Positions 40,051-53,781 of a DNA stretch of 64,000 bases are shown here, in pieces. Source of the DNA: a phage; the sequence record PQ338057.1; one strand, given 5' to 3'. Under the pieces are notes generated by a model. It saw only the letters and a program-made list of their open reading frames with translations. It did not search any database and was not told the origin of the DNA. A program made the translations under genes and the position numbers. Numbering within the stretch: the first letter of the stretch is position 1; each line of letters starts with the position of its first letter.

Positions 40051-41376
40051 ATGAGCAAAGTAACTCCCCAGCCGAAAATCGGCTTTGTTTCCCTTGGCTG
40101 TCCGAAAAACCTTGTTGATTCAGAGCGTATTCTCACCGAACTCCGCACTGAAGGTTATGACGTGGTACCGAGCTATGACGATGCGGACATGGTGATCGTC
40201 AACACCTGCGGCTTTATTGACAGCGCGGTACAAGAATCACTGGAAGCCATTGGTGAAGCGTTGAATGAAAACGGCAAGGTTATTGTGACCGGTTGTCTGG
40301 GGGCAAAAGAAGATCAGATCCGCGAAGTCCACCCGAAAGTGCTGGAAATCACCGGGCCTCATAGCTATGAGCAGGTTCTGGAGCACGTTCATCACTACGT
40401 GCCGAAACCGAAACACAACCCATTCCTGAGCCTGGTGCCAGAACAAGGTGTGAAACTGACGCCGCGTCATTATGCCTATCTGAAAATTTCTGAAGGCTGT
40501 AATCACCGCTGCACCTTCTGCATTATTCCGTCTATGCGCGGCGACCTGGTGAGCCGTCCGATTGGCGAAGTGTTAAGTGAAGCGAAACGTCTGGTAGATG
40601 CGGGCGTTAAAGAGATTCTGGTGATCTCGCAGGATACTTCCGCCTATGGCGTTGATGTTAAACATCGTACTGGCTTCCACAACGGCGAGCCGGTAAAAAC
40701 CAGCATGGTCAGCCTGTGCGAACAGTTATCGAAACTGGGGATCTGGACACGTCTGCACTACGTTTACCCTTATCCGCATGTGGACGACGTCATCCCACTG
40801 ATGGCAGAAGGCAAAATCCTGCCGTATCTGGACATTCCGTTGCAGCACGCCAGCCCGCGCATTCTCAAACTGATGAAGCGTCCGGGTTCTGTAGATCGCC
40901 AACTGGCGCGCATCAAACAGTGGCGCGAAATCTGCCCGGAACTGACCCTACGCTCAACCTTTATTGTCGGCTTCCCTGGCGAGACGGAAGAAGATTTCCA
41001 GATGCTACTCGACTTCCTGAAAGAAGCGCGTCTGGATCGCGTTGGCTGCTTTAAATACAGCCCGGTTGAAGGTGCAGACGCCAATGCCCTGCCTGACCAG
41101 GTTCCGGAAGAAGTGAAAGAAGAACGCTGGAACCGTTTCATGCAGCTGCAGCAGCAGATTTCCGCCGAGCGCCTGCAAGAGAAAGTGGGCCGTGAAATTC
41201 TGGTGATTATCGACGAAGTGGACGAAGAAGGCGCAATTGGTCGCAGCATGGCAGATGCACCGGAAATCGACGGCGCGGTTTATCTCAATGGTGAAACCAA
41301 CGTTAAGCCGGGTGATATCCTGCGTGTGAAAGTCGAGCACGCCGATGAGTACGATTTGTGGGGTAGCCGGGTTTAA
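40051..41376 (+). CDS. rimO: ribosomal protein S12 methylthiotransferase RimO (radical SAM), 441 aa
   Basis: CxxxCxxC radical-SAM motif (CNHRCTFC); MTTase N-terminal cysteines. Confidence 0.9.
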
Positions 41377-41422
41377 TTAATTCAGGCCGGGCAAAATCAT
41401 TTGTCCGGCCTGCGAATAATGA

Positions 41423-42751
41423 TTACTGCCAGCTAATCTGTGCCCTGCCGTTTTTCTTACTCTTATACAGCCGCTCATCCGCCAGCATTTTCAAGCGTTC
41501 GACGGTAGGACATTCATTTGAATGTGCTACACCGATACTGGTACTTAAATTAATGCTTCCCACCTGGAAATGAACGATTTCTTTTAGAATCGATAGCAAC
41601 TCTTCCAGCGTTCCACCCGTATAAATCACCGCAAATTCGTCACCGCCGAAGCGGTAGACTTTACCTTTATCTACCGGGATCTGTGATTTAAGGATTTTCA
41701 CCACTTTCATCAACACTTCATCGCCCAGCAAATGACCGAAGGTGTCGTTAATGTTTTTGAATTTATCGACGTCAAACAGGCACAAATAACCGCCTTTTTC
41801 CGGCAGCGCTTTTAAATCTTCGTCAAAGGATTTTCTGCCCATTGCTTTGGTCAGGTCGTCCAGGAACGCCGAGTTATACATACTGTAGAGTTTTTTGACA
41901 TCGGCAGCCGAAAAGAAAAGCCCGCCATCCAGTACGCGTTCAAAATGGTTATTAATGATGGCTTCTTTCTCCACAATACCACGATTAATCACTCTGCGTA
42001 CCAGATAGAGGCAACTGGCACCCGATATCACTGCCACCAATGCGGCAAAGAAAATAATCAATGTACAAACCCGCAAATAAACATCTTTTTTATACGCAAA
42101 TACATACAATCCGGTCGGCAAATAGGCGAAGTGCTCCATCGCTTCCGAAACGGTGAAGATGGCGTTTTTAGCATTATATTCATCACCGGTCACCGGTTTA
42201 CCGTTCTTAAATAGAGAGAACATCAGGTTCTCGCTGTCCATCGCCAGCGATTTTGACAGTAAAGAAAAACGCTCCAGACCAAGCAAAAATATCAGACTAC
42301 GATTGTGAGTTACCGGATAGAGGTAATAGACGAAGGTTTTACCGTCAAAAGAGATAAACCCTGTATTTTTGACATGTCGATACTTCACAACCTGCATAAT
42401 ATCTGCACAATAATTTTTCTCGAACTCCTTTACCTGAATACATTCGTCACTGGAAATCAGATAAGGACCGACATCGTACAAATAAGAGGGGGAAACCGAG
42501 TCGGCGTAAGCTGTGCGCAAACCAACCAACAGCTGTTCCTCCGTGGGATTTAGCGTGTTGATAAGATCAATTGCCACGCTACGCCGATATTCAGCAATAT
42601 TTGCCACCGCAAAAGCAGTATCAATAACGGACTGTTTCAGGCTATACACCCGTTCCTTTACCATTTGAGTGTAGATCCCGCAGGCAACTGCTGAAATCAT
42701 GATAAAAATCAGCAGACTGACTGTAAGTACGAACTTATTGATTCTGGACAT
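41423..42751 (-). CDS. dgcI: diguanylate cyclase DgcI (YliF), GGDEF domain, 442 aa
   Basis: RFGGDEF motif; N-terminal membrane/periplasmic region. Confidence 0.85.
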   Translation of the reverse strand: MSRINKFVLTVSLLIFIMISAVACGIYTQMVKERVYSLKQSVIDTAFAVANIAEYRRSVAIDLINTLNPTEEQLLVGLRTAYADSVSPSYLYDVGPYLISSDECIQVKEFEKNYCADIMQVVKYRHVKNTGFISFDGKTFVYYLYPVTHNRSLIFLLGLERFSLLSKSLAMDSENLMFSLFKNGKPVTGDEYNAKNAIFTVSEAMEHFAYLPTGLYVFAYKKDVYLRVCTLIIFFAALVAVISGASCLYLVRRVINRGIVEKEAIINNHFERVLDGGLFFSAADVKKLYSMYNSAFLDDLTKAMGRKSFDEDLKALPEKGGYLCLFDVDKFKNINDTFGHLLGDEVLMKVVKILKSQIPVDKGKVYRFGGDEFAVIYTGGTLEELLSILKEIVHFQVGSINLSTSIGVAHSNECPTVERLKMLADERLYKSKKNGRAQISWQ

Positions 42752-42758
42752 ACGTAAA

Positions 42759-45107
42759 CTACTCTTTTACTAATTTTCCACTTTTATCCCAGGCGGAGAA
42801 TGGCATGGGTTTCTGGTACAGATACCCCTGAGCCTGAACACATCCTAATTTAATTAATTCGCGCGCAACGTCTTCGCTCTCTACGCCTTCCGCAATCACC
42901 GGGATCCGGTTATAGCGTGCCAGATCGAAAATAATGCGCACAATTTTTCCCGCAGTACCGAAAATATCGCCGGTAAATTGCGAGTCCACCTTTATGCTGT
43001 CTGGATTAATTTCATAAAAACGTTTCAGGTTTGACAAACCGGTGCCAAAGTCATCAATCGATATCCGTACCCCTTGTTTACGCAGTTGTTCAATATTGAG
43101 ATAAAAATGTTCATTAATTCGCTCGATCACGGTTTCAGTGATCTCAACACAGAGGCTGTTCGCCTTCAGGCCATTTTCTTTCATGATGGTGGTAAAACAC
43201 TCATGAAAGTGCGGTTCGTTTAACTGCCAGGGCGAAACATTAATATGCAGTAAGAAATCATCCTTCAGCGACGCACGCTGACTAAAATGTCTGAATTCAC
43301 CCATTGCCGTTTTAATAATCTGATAACCCAGCTCATTGATAAACCCGATATCTTCAGCAATGGTAATGAACTTCAGCGGTGAAATGATCCCCCGCTCCGC
43401 AGAAACCCAACGGCACAACGCCTCCGCGCCCAGAATGGCGCGGGTGTTAATATCAACGATCGGTTGATAGACGAGGAATAGTTCGCCAATTTCCATTGCA
43501 TGGCGAATATTACGCGCAATCCAGATATTCTCTTCTATTTCGTTGAGTTTCGCGTCATCACAGAAAATAAACTCGGAGAACATATGGTCACGGATACTGG
43601 AAATCGCCAGTTTCAGTTTTTCTGCGTAACTCCAGGCGTTTTCCCCCTGCAAAGGTTCACAAATGGCAGACTTATGGATGCGCAGATTGCGGTAGCCAAA
43701 GCTGCTGTCAAAATCGTTTACCATCGCTATTTTACGGGTAAATGTCTGTACATTTTCCCGACACAGAAGTAAATAGAGATCGGCATTGAATGTCACGATA
43801 TCGCAGCATTGCGCATATTTCTCGGCAATTCGCTGACACAATTTCCTGACGATTTTATTGCGTTCATCAACACCAAACACCGCTTCCACGGCTTCCAGAC
43901 CACACAGTTTGATGATCCCCACAGCCAGATACTGATTATTGTTGGACTCAATAATCGCCATATTTTTAATAAAACCGCTTTCCTGATCGTAAGAGATCAG
44001 TGAGAGCAATTTATTTGACCGTTCAATTTCGGCATCTTTCATTTCCGCGATCGAATTTTTAATGCTGATAATCTCTTTCGCATCGCCTTCGCGAATTTTC
44101 AGAGCCTCGATTTGATCCGTTGAGTCGGGCAAAAATGCCAGCGTATTAACCAGCTCTGTCATTTCAGAAAATTGCCGACGGAACACACGAGTGGTCATTA
44201 AATAAACCACCAGCAATACGATAATAATGAACGCAAACGGCAGATAAAAAAGTTTATCTGATGCGTTCAATAAATTACCGCCAGGATAATAAAAATAGAT
44301 TTCGAATAATGCGTTGTTTGGCACCGCTGATGTTTTTTCGATATATTCAGTATCGACAGAATCAATAATATTATAATTACCTTCGCTATTATAAATAATC
44401 AGTTTTTCACGAGCGAGTTGATTCTTGGCAATGATCTCATGGCCTTGTTTCAAAAATAGAACTTCATCATTAGCGCTGATTTGATCAAGATACTCGTTCA
44501 GATATCGCCAGTTTAAATCGACATGAATTTTATCCACCGCTAACAAATCGTGATCTTTGCCGTTGATGTGTAGCGTAAAAGAGATACATTTTTTACCCGG
44601 ACGATCAAAGCAATTGTATGCCGGATTCCAGCTGTTGTTAGAGTCATCTGAAGCCACCGACCACGGTCGTTTCGATGGGTTAAAATCGGCAAAAATAACC
44701 CGCCCTGACTCGTCGACAAGCGGTCCATTTACTTGTTCCTGATGATAAACAACGATTTTATCATTCGCCCTCCGCGAAAAAAGATAATATTTATTATCAT
44801 CAAGTACCAGTCCCACCGAGTCTAAAAATGGCATCATTTCCATTTTAAGAATCACGGCGCGTTGAATCTCCTCTGTATTTTTTAATAAATACAGTGAGTC
44901 CTTTAATGTCAGGGCCGAACGTTCAATATCTTTAAAGAAATAGCCAACGTTTTTCTAAATAAGTTCAAAGCGGCTATCGGCACGTTTTACCGCGCGCTCC
45001 GATACCAGTTGATAGTTAATGATGAAAAAAAGACCAATAAATGACAGTGCTGCCAATAAAAATAAAATTATCAGCCTTATCTTTATCTTTTCGTATAAAC
45101 TCAGCAT
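42759..45107 (-). pseudogene. pdeI: c-di-GMP phosphodiesterase PdeI (YliE), interrupted by an in-frame TAG at codon 51 (44955-44957)
   Basis: 782-codon frame from MLSLYEKIKIRL continuous except one amber codon (ELI*KNVGYFF); EAL domain downstream. Confidence 0.7.
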
Positions 45108-45284
45108 GTTAATACATTTAACAAAATAACTATCTGAACGCTGTGCCGCTGCAAAAATTGTCCCTTGCTGCGGCTTTTTAACCAAATTACCCGATTCTAC
45201 AAAATCAGCAGAAAGTTACAACACTTGCTTAGGGCAATAATTTCCTGTGAGGTGATTACCCTTTCAAGCAATATTCAAACGTAA

Positions 45285-46196
45285 CTATCCTTTAATTTTC
45301 GGATCCAGCGCATCGCGTAAACCATCGCCCAACAAATTGAACGCCAGTACGGTCAGAAAAATAGCCAGGGCCGGAAAAACAGCGACATGCGGCGCGATAA
45401 CCATATCCGCTCGAGCCTCATTGAGCATTGCTCCCCACTCTGGTGTCGGCGGCTGCGCACCGAGGCCGAGAAATGAGAGGCTGGCGGCAGAGATAATCGA
45501 GGTACCAATGCGCATGGTGAAAAACACCACGATAGAAGAGACGGTCCCAGGCAGGATATGACGCAACAAAACGGTCATATCGCTGGCACCAATACTGCGT
45601 GCTGACTCAATAAAGGTTTGCTGTTTCAACACCAGCGTGTTGCCGCGCACCAGGCGGGCAAACGCGGGGATGGAAAAAATGGCGACTGCAATAATCACGT
45701 TAGCAATGCCGCTTCCCAACACCGCAACAACAGCGATCGCCAGTAAAATACCCGGGAAGGCAAACAGCACATCGCAAATGCGCATGATCAGCCGATCCCA
45801 CCAGCCTTCATAATATCCAGCGAGCAAGCCCAGCAACGTCCCGATCGCCGCACCGATAAACACGGCAAACACGCCCGCCGCCAGCGAGATTTGCGCACCA
45901 ACCAGGACACGGCTGAAAATGTCACGCCCCAGTGAATCGACGCCAAACCAGTGCTGCAAAGAAGGTCCGTTATTCAGATTGTCATAATCAAAATAATTTT
46001 CGGCGTCATAGGGAGCGATCCAGCGTGCAAAAATGGCCACCACAATCAATAAAATAACGAATAATGCGGCGGTCATCGCCATATGCTGACGGCGAAATCG
46101 TCGCCAGAATTCATGCCACGGTGTACGTACCTGGTCAGGTTTGACCAGTGGCATGGCGTTTAACACCGCCTGACGTCGCCAGTTAAATAGTCGCAT
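45285..46196 (-). CDS. gsiD: glutathione ABC transporter permease GsiD, 303 aa
   Basis: ABC permease; synteny. Confidence 0.85.
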
Positions 46197-46198
46197 CC

Positions 46199-47119
46199 TT
46201 ACTTGTACCTGATAGCCGGGTTAATGGCGGCGTAAAGCACATCCACCACTAAGTTGATAAGAATAAATTCCAGCGAGAAAAGCAGAATTTCCGCCTGAAT
46301 CACCGGGTAATCACGCATTTCTACGGAGTCAACGAGTAAGCGTCCAAGTCCCGGCCAGTTGAAAACTTTCTCCACAACGATGGAACCACCGAGCAAAAAG
46401 CCAAACTGTAAGCCCATCATGGTCACTACCGGGATCATCGCGTTACGTAGCCCGTGTTTGAGGACAACCCAGGTTTCGCTCACCCCTTTCGCCCTCGCGG
46501 TACGCATATAATCTTCGCTTAAAACATCGACAAACGACGCGCGGGTAAAGCGCGCCATCACGGCGGCCACTGCCGCGCCGAGCGTCAGGGAGGGTAAAAT
46601 GTAGTGCTGCCAACTGTCTGCTCCCACGGTAGGCAGCCAGCCCAGTTCAACGGAGAATACCTGAATTAAAAGCATCCCCAGAGCAAATGCCGGAAACGAG
46701 ATCCCCGACACCGCAATGGTCATACTCAATCGATCCGGCCAACGGTTACGCCAGACGGCGGCGATAATTCCCGCCGCCATACCAAATATAACCGCCCAGA
46801 CCATACTGGTTATGGTCAGCCACAGCGTTGGCATAAAGCGGCTGGCAATCTCATCGGCAACCGGACGACGCGACACCATCGACAGGCCAAAATCCCCCTG
46901 CACAGCATTGCTGATATAGTGCCAGAACTGGTGATACAGCGGCTGATCCAACCCCAGCTGCTGACGCACCAGTTCTATAACCTGCGCATCAGCTTCGGGC
47001 CCGGCAATCAATCGCGCCGGATCGCCGGGCAGCATATGGACAAATAAAAACACCAGCACCGAGACGATAAACAGCGTCGGAATCAACCCCAGTAAGCGTT
47101 TGATAACGTAATTAAGCAT
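46199..47119 (-). CDS. gsiC: glutathione ABC transporter permease GsiC, 306 aa
   Basis: ABC permease; synteny. Confidence 0.85.
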
Positions 47120-47136
47120 TCCACTCCCTGCGTTGC

Positions 47137-48675
47137 TTATTGCAAATCCGCGTCTTCAAAGCTGAAGCCGGTGTCTGGCATGATCCAAAAACCGGTCAGG
47201 TTTTTACTGTGTGCCGACACCAGTTTTTCTACCACCAGCGGGATCCACGGCGATTCTTGCCAGATGATATCCTGCGCCGCCTTATATAAGCGGGTCTTTT
47301 CCGCCGGATCATTAGTTTTCAGTGCCTGAGCCAGGAAGTCATCCACCTGTTTATTGCTGTAAAACGCGGTATTAAACAGCGTCGGTGGCCAGTTCTGCGA
47401 GGCAAACAGCGGCGATAGTGCCCAGTCCGCTTCGCCGGTTGAAGCCGACCAGCCAGTGTAGAACATCCGCACGCCGCTCTCTTTTTGCCCTTTACCTTCA
47501 ACTTCTGCCGCCCGCTGTCCGGCATCCATCGCAGTCACCTGGGCTTTAATCCCGACCTGCGCTAACTGCTGCTGGGTAAATTGCAGCACTTTCTGCGCGG
47601 TGCTGTGGTTATGTGACGACCACAGCGTGGTACTGAAACCGTTGGGATATCCCGCCTCTTTCAGTAATTCGCGCGCTTTCACTGGATCGTAAGGCCACGG
47701 TTTATAACTTTGCGCGTAGGCGATACTTGGCGGTACCACACCAGTAGCTGGCGTTGCATAGCCCGCAAAGGCAACTTTCACCAGCGCCGGACGGTTAATG
47801 GCGTAATTCAGCGCCTCACGGACCTTCGGGTTATCGAACGGCTTTTGCGTCACGTTCATACTGATATAACGCTGCATAATTGACGGACTGGCCATCAACT
47901 CGATATTTTTGTTTTTCTCCAGCAGTGTGGCCTGCTCGTAAGGAATGGGGAAAGCAAACTGCGCTTCACCGGTTTGCAGCATTGCCGCGCGGGTGTTGTT
48001 ATCCGCCACCGGACGCCAGGTTATGCTGTCCAGTTTGGGCAATCCTGGCTGCCAGTAACCCGCGAATTTTTTCACCTTCACAAAATCGGTCTGATTCCAG
48101 GTATCCAGTTCATACGGTCCGGTTCCCACCGGATAAAAACCAATCTCCTTGCCATATTTTTCCAGCGCTGCCGGTGAAATCATCGCGGTCGCCGGATGGG
48201 CAAGAATATTAATAAACGCTGAGAACGGCTGTTTGAGGGTAATCTTTACCGTTGTCGGATCGATCGCTTCCGTTTTAGCAATATTCTTATACAGGTTATA
48301 GCGTTTAAGATGATTCGCCGGATCGCTGGCCCGGTCCAGATTCGCTTTCACCGCCGCGGCGTTGAAATCGGTGCCATCCTGGAATTTAATGCCTTCCCGC
48401 AATTTCACGGTGTAAGTAATGCCGTCATCGGAAACGGTATAACTCTCCGCCAGCACGTTTTTCAGTTTCATCTCTTTATCCAGACCGAACAGCCCCTGGT
48501 AAAACGATTTCGCTACGGCCTGAGATAACGTGTCATTTGCGTCATACGGATCGAGCGTGGTGAAATTCGATCCTACCGCCACCACCACATCTTTGGCAGC
48601 GAATGCACAAGATGCCATCAACGCTGTCGCAATGCCCAGCGCCACTAACCCACTACGGTGTACAGCTCTTGCCAT
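47137..48675 (-). CDS. gsiB: glutathione-binding periplasmic protein GsiB, 512 aa from [14 protein letters not shown]
   Basis: Signal peptide; family-5 solute-binding protein; the N-terminal extension of the track ORF is rejected. Confidence 0.85.
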
Positions 48676-48694
48676 TTTATTCTCCGCCTGAATG

Positions 48695-50566
48695 TTATCT
48701 ACGCATGAATGCGTATTCTGATTGTGGTTGTGCGACGTAATGCCCCGGCCCGACGCATTGCAACGAGACGGCTGCCACCTCTTCGCCACGCAGATGAATA
48801 TTGCTGGGAAGATCGTCCGACAGCAGTACACGCTGCGGTCGTTGTCGGGACGGTTCAGCGACCGGAACTGCCGCCAGTAATTTACGCGTATAAGGATGCT
48901 GCGGGTTTTCGAAGACCGCGCGCCGTGGACCAATTTCAACAATTTGCCCGAGATACATCACCGCCACACGATGACTAATCCGCTCTACCACCGCCATATC
49001 GTGGGAGATAAACAGATACGCAATGCCGAAATCACGCTGGAGATCGAGCAACAAGTTGATAATCTGCCCGCGAATAGAAACATCCAGCGCCGAAACGGCT
49101 TCGTCGGCAATGATCACTTTTGGATTCAATGCCAACGCGCGAGCAATGCAGATGCGCTGGCGCTGACCGCCGGAAAACTCATGCGGGTAACGCCAGGCAT
49201 GTTCAGGTAACAGGCCCACGCGCTCCAGCAACCACGCAACGCGTGCAGCCGCGTCTTTACCTGGCAATAAACCGTGTACACGCAGCGGTTCGATAATCGA
49301 ATCACCGATGGTCTGACGTGGGTCCAGCGAAGCGTAAGGGTCCTGAAAAATAAACTGAATATCCCGGCGTAATGCCTGAAGTTTGCCGGGTGACAAGGTA
49401 TCGATTCGCTGACCGTTAAAGATAATTTCGCCGCCCTGCGATTCGACCAGGCGCAGCAACGCCCGCCCGGTAGTGGATTTACCGCTGCCAGACTCGCCCA
49501 CCAGCGATAGCGTTTCGCCAGGCCAGAGATCAAAACTGACTTTCTCAACGGCATGCACTTCCCGCGTTACGCGATTCAACAAACCGCTGCGCAAAGGGAA
49601 ACGGGTGACAAGATTACGCACTCGTAAAACAGGTTCGCCATCCACCACCGTTTTCTGCTCGATGGGGGGGGCCTGTTTCGCTGGATGTTCAAGCGATATC
49701 AACGGGAAACGTCGGGGATAATCTAACCCTTTCATCGCACCAAGTTGCGGAACAGCAGCTAACAGCGCACGGGTGTAAGGATGTTGCGGTGCATGAAAAA
49801 TCTGTTCGACGGTACCCGTTTCCACCGCCTCGCCCTGATACATCACCAGTACCCGATCGGCAATCTCTGCCACCACGCCCATATCGTGAGTGATAAAGAT
49901 AACGCCCATCGACATCTCTTTTTGCAATACTTTGATTAATTGCAGGATCTGCGCCTGAATAGTGACATCCAGCGCGGTGGTTGGCTCATCGGCAATCAGC
50001 ACCGCCGGGCGGCATGACAGCGCCATCGCAATCATCACTCGCTGGCGCATCCCGCCAGAGAGTTGATGCGGATAACGTGAAAGAATGGTTTGTGCCTCAG
50101 GAATGCGTACCTGATCCAGCATCCGCTTCGCCTCGACCATCGCTTCTTCACGACTGGCGTTCTGATGCAGACGAATTGATTCGGCAATCTGTTCACCCAC
50201 AGTAAATACCGGGTTCAGCGATGTCATCGGCTCCTGAAATATCATCGCCATATCCGCACCGCGAACATGGCGCATTTGTGCAGCGTTCTGCTCGCTAAGT
50301 TCAATCACTTCGCGACTGCGCCGCTGCAACAGCATTTTATCGCACTGTACTAAACCGCCCGCCTGTTCCAACAGGCGCATCAATGCCAACGCAGTCACTG
50401 ACTTACCGGAGCCGGATTCGCCAACAATTGCCAGCGTCTCACCGCGTTGCAGACTAAAAGAGAGATTGCGGACCGCAGCTATTTTCTGCTGGTCCTGCAT
50501 AAAGGCAATATTCAGATTTTCAACCGCCAGCACATTACCGGCATCAAGTTCATCACTGTGTGGCAA
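48695..50566 (-). CDS. gsiA: glutathione ABC transporter ATP-binding protein GsiA (two ABC domains), 623 aa, probable TTG start
   Basis: Two Walker A motifs (GESGSGKS); 623 codons measured back from the stop land on a TTG. Confidence 0.8.
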   Translation of the reverse strand: MPHSDELDAGNVLAVENLNIAFMQDQQKIAAVRNLSFSLQRGETLAIVGESGSGKSVTALALMRLLEQAGGLVQCDKMLLQRRSREVIELSEQNAAQMRHVRGADMAMIFQEPMTSLNPVFTVGEQIAESIRLHQNASREEAMVEAKRMLDQVRIPEAQTILSRYPHQLSGGMRQRVMIAMALSCRPAVLIADEPTTALDVTIQAQILQLIKVLQKEMSMGVIFITHDMGVVAEIADRVLVMYQGEAVETGTVEQIFHAPQHPYTRALLAAVPQLGAMKGLDYPRRFPLISLEHPAKQAPPIEQKTVVDGEPVLRVRNLVTRFPLRSGLLNRVTREVHAVEKVSFDLWPGETLSLVGESGSGKSTTGRALLRLVESQGGEIIFNGQRIDTLSPGKLQALRRDIQFIFQDPYASLDPRQTIGDSIIEPLRVHGLLPGKDAAARVAWLLERVGLLPEHAWRYPHEFSGGQRQRICIARALALNPKVIIADEAVSALDVSIRGQIINLLLDLQRDFGIAYLFISHDMAVVERISHRVAVMYLGQIVEIGPRRAVFENPQHPYTRKLLAAVPVAEPSRQRPQRVLLSDDLPSNIHLRGEEVAAVSLQCVGPGHYVAQPQSEYAFMRR

Positions 50567-51518
50567 CGGTGTCCCCTTTTTCACGGTAGATACCGGTGGT
50601 TGGCGTATCGCCTGCGTAGCCCCAGGCGCGATACATTCCTTCGGTGTTAAACGGTAGCGCGACATTCCCTTCATGGTCGATAGCGATTAAGCCACCGCTA
50701 CCGCCAAGCGCAGGGAGTTTTTCCATTACTACCCGCTCGCAGGCTTCCGCGAGACTTAATCCGCCGTAATCCATTAACGCGGCGATGTCATATGCCGCCA
50801 GCGCGCGGATGAAGACTTCGCCCGTGCCGGTACAAGAAACCGCCACACTGGCGTTATTGGCGTAGCATCCGGCACCCACTAAGGGACTATCGCCAACTCG
50901 TCCGGGTAATTTATTGGTCATTCCGCCTGTGGACGTGGCTGCCGCCAAATTGCCGTCTAAATCCAACGCCACGGCCCCCACGGTGCCCATTTTCTGTTTT
51001 TCATCCAGTGGCGCACCGCTATGGTCGAGGACGGTTGCCCCTTCCTTGCGCGCTGCCAGTAGTTGTTCATAACGCAAAGGCGTGGAGAAAATCTCCGGCG
51101 AGACGCGCTCCATGCCACGAGCAAACGCAAAATTTTCTGCCCCTTCGCCAATCATCATCACATGCGGGCTTTGCTCCATCACCAGCCGGGCGGCAAGAAC
51201 CGGATTACGCAGATGACTAACGCCCGCCACCGCACCGGCTTTCAGGGTGTTACCATCCATCACACAGGCGTCCAGTTCATGGGTTTCATCACGCGTAAAG
51301 ACAGCGCCAATTCCGGCGTTAAACAGTGGACACTCTTCCAGCAGACGCACCGCTTCCGTCACCACATCTAGCGCACTTTCGCCCGCTTCCAGCATTTTCT
51401 GCCCGGTTTCAACAATGGCAGACAACGCCTCGATGTAGCGTAATTCCTGTTGCAGACTCATCTGCGCGCGGCTAATTGCACCTGCGCCACCATGAATTGC
51501 AATGACTGCTTTGCCCAT
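50553..51518 (-). CDS. iaaA: isoaspartyl dipeptidase / L-asparaginase IaaA (Ntn hydrolase), 321 aa
   Basis: Asparaginase-2 family sequence; overlaps gsiA start. Confidence 0.85.
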   Translation of the reverse strand: MGKAVIAIHGGAGAISRAQMSLQQELRYIEALSAIVETGQKMLEAGESALDVVTEAVRLLEECPLFNAGIGAVFTRDETHELDACVMDGNTLKAGAVAGVSHLRNPVLAARLVMEQSPHVMMIGEGAENFAFARGMERVSPEIFSTPLRYEQLLAARKEGATVLDHSGAPLDEKQKMGTVGAVALDLDGNLAAATSTGGMTNKLPGRVGDSPLVGAGCYANNASVAVSCTGTGEVFIRALAAYDIAALMDYGGLSLAEACERVVMEKLPALGGSGGLIAIDHEGNVALPFNTEGMYRAWGYAGDTPTTGIYREKGDTVATQ

Positions 51519-51721
51519 AGTATTCGTCCATTAAGGGTGGCTCGCCACTTTTGCTATAAATATCAGAATTTTTATGAATTACTCATTCAATTTTTGAATA
51601 TAGAAAGATGGATATGGCATGTAAAGGCAGGACCCAGCGCTACGCCCGAGGTGGCATACAGTCTGTGGCGTTTTTCTGACATAATAGGCAAATTCGATTT
51701 TGCCTCCGCAGGAGTGTTTTC

Positions 51722-52957
51722 ATGGAATTTACCACCGGATTGATGTCGCTCGACACCGCGCTTAATGAGATGCTTTCTCGCGTCACCCCACTGACCGCCC
51801 AGGAAACGCTGCCACTGGTACAGTGTTTTGGTCGTATTCTGGCGAGCGATGTCGTTTCGCCACTGGATGTCCCGGGGTTTGATAACTCCGCTATGGACGG
51901 CTACGCGGTGCGTTTAGCCGATATTGCCTCCGGGCAACCGCTGCCCGTTGCCGGGAAATCGTTTGCCGGTCAGCCGTATCATGGTGAATGGCCTGCGGGC
52001 ACCTGCATTCGTATTATGACCGGTGCGCCGGTGCCGGAAGTCTGCGAAGCGGTGGTGATGCAGGAGCAGACTGAACAAACGGACAATGGCGTGCGTTTTA
52101 CTGTTGAAGTGCGTAGCGGGCAAAATATTCGCCGTCGCGGTGAAGATATCTCTGCGGGTGCGGTTGTTTTCCCGGCGGGAACTCGCCTGACTACCGCAGA
52201 GCTGCCAGTAATTGCTTCACTGGGGATTGCCGAAGTTCCGGTGATTCGTAAAGTGCGTGTAGCGCTTTTTTCTACCGGTGATGAACTCCAGTTGCCAGGC
52301 CAGCCGCTGGGCGACGGCCAAATCTACGATACCAACCGTCTCGCCGTACACCTGATGTTAGAACAGCTGGGATGCGAGGTAATCAACTTAGGGATTATCC
52401 GCGACGATCCACATGCCCTGCGCGCCGCATTTATTGAAGCCGACAGCCAGGCGGATGTGGTGATCAGTTCCGGTGGTGTTTCGGTTGGTGAGGCGGATTA
52501 CACCAAAACCATTCTCGAAGAACTGGGCGAAATTGCTTTCTGGAAACTGGCGATTAAACCGGGCAAACCGTTCGCGTTTGGTAAACTCAGCAATAGCTGG
52601 TTCTGCGGCCTGCCGGGCAACCCGGTTTCAGCGACGCTGACCTTCTATCAACTGGTACAGCCTTTGCTGGCAAAACTAAGCGGTAACACCGCCAGCGGCC
52701 TGCCCGCGCGCCAGCGCGTACGCACAGCGTCCCGCCTGAAAAAAACGCCAGGACGTCTTGATTTCCAGCGCGGCGTGCTGCAACGCAACGCCGATGGCGA
52801 ACTGGAAGTGACGACCACCGGACATCAGGGTTCACATATATTCAGCTCCTTTAGCCTCGGCAACTGCTTTATCGTGCTGGAACGCGATCGCGGCAATGTG
52901 GACGTGGGCGAATGGGTGGAAGTAGAACCGTTTAACGCGTTGTTCGGAGGCCGGTAA
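51722..52957 (+). CDS. moeA: molybdopterin molybdenumtransferase MoeA, 411 aa
   Basis: Length and family; followed by moeB with overlapping stop/start. Confidence 0.9.
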   Translation: MEFTTGLMSLDTALNEMLSRVTPLTAQETLPLVQCFGRILASDVVSPLDVPGFDNSAMDGYAVRLADIASGQPLPVAGKSFAGQPYHGEWPAGTCIRIMTGAPVPEVCEAVVMQEQTEQTDNGVRFTVEVRSGQNIRRRGEDISAGAVVFPAGTRLTTAELPVIASLGIAEVPVIRKVRVALFSTGDELQLPGQPLGDGQIYDTNRLAVHLMLEQLGCEVINLGIIRDDPHALRAAFIEADSQADVVISSGGVSVGEADYTKTILEELGEIAFWKLAIKPGKPFAFGKLSNSWFCGLPGNPVSATLTFYQLVQPLLAKLSGNTASGLPARQRVRTASRLKKTPGRLDFQRGVLQRNADGELEVTTTGHQGSHIFSSFSLGNCFIVLERDRGNVDVGEWVEVEPFNALFGGR

Positions 52958-53706
52958 TGGCGGAACTCAGCGATCAGGAGATGCTGCGCTACAACCGGCA
53001 AATCATTCTGCGCGGTTTTGATTTTGACGGTCAGGAGGCACTAAAAGATTCTCGTGTGCTGGTAGTCGGCCTCGGTGGACTCGGCTGCGCAGCCTCGCAG
53101 TATCTGGCAAGCGCCGGTGTCGGCAACCTGACGCTGCTCGACTTCGACACGGTTTCGCTCTCGAATCTGCAACGCCAGACGCTGCACAGTGATGCTACGG
53201 TCGGGCAACCGAAGGTGGAATCCGCCCGTGACGCCCTGGCGCGGATCAACCCACATATCGCGATTACGCCAGTCAATGCACTGCTGGATGACGCAGAACT
53301 TGCAGCATTGATTGCTGAACACGATCTGGTGCTCGACTGTACGGATAACGTTGCGGTACGTAATCAACTGAACGCAGGCTGTTTTGCCGCGAAGGTGCCG
53401 CTGGTTTCCGGCGCGGCAATTCGTATGGAAGGTCAAATCACGGTCTTCACTTATCAGGACGGCGAGCCTTGCTATCGCTGCCTCAGCCGTTTGTTTGGCG
53501 AGAACGCGTTAACCTGCGTAGAAGCAGGCGTGATGGCACCGTTGATCGGCGTAATTGGTTCGTTGCAGGCAATGGAAGCGATCAAACTGCTGGCAGGTTA
53601 TGGCAAACCGGCCAGCGGGAAAATCGTCATGTACGATGCGATGACCTGTCAGTTTCGCGAAATGAAACTGATGCGCAATCCGGGGTGTGAGGTGTGCGGG
53701 CAGTAA
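52957..53706 (+). CDS. moeB: molybdopterin-synthase adenylyltransferase MoeB, 249 aa
   Basis: ThiF/MoeB fold (GLGGLG); C-terminal CxxC pairs. Confidence 0.9.
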   Translation: MAELSDQEMLRYNRQIILRGFDFDGQEALKDSRVLVVGLGGLGCAASQYLASAGVGNLTLLDFDTVSLSNLQRQTLHSDATVGQPKVESARDALARINPHIAITPVNALLDDAELAALIAEHDLVLDCTDNVAVRNQLNAGCFAAKVPLVSGAAIRMEGQITVFTYQDGEPCYRCLSRLFGENALTCVEAGVMAPLIGVIGSLQAMEAIKLLAGYGKPASGKIVMYDAMTCQFREMKLMRNPGCEVCGQ

Positions 53707-53781
53707 TTGCCACCTCCAGGCCTGATAAGACGCGGCACTCCGCCACGTCATCAGCAATTTATGAGGATGCAGAACGTCCGG

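Noticed and set aside
40716-41340. ORFs antisense or out of frame within rimO (40716..41054, 40770..41249, 41005..41340)
   Set aside because: Embedded in a well-supported gene; no RBS or family signal
47137-48942. Track ORF giving gsiB a ~90-aa N-terminal extension
   Set aside because: The extension overlaps the gsiA 3' end and has no signal-peptide logic; start placed at [10 protein letters not shown]
53711-53750. Possible REP-like sequence after moeB (gcctgataagacgcg...)
   Set aside because: Only a partial, imperfect palindrome; not convincing
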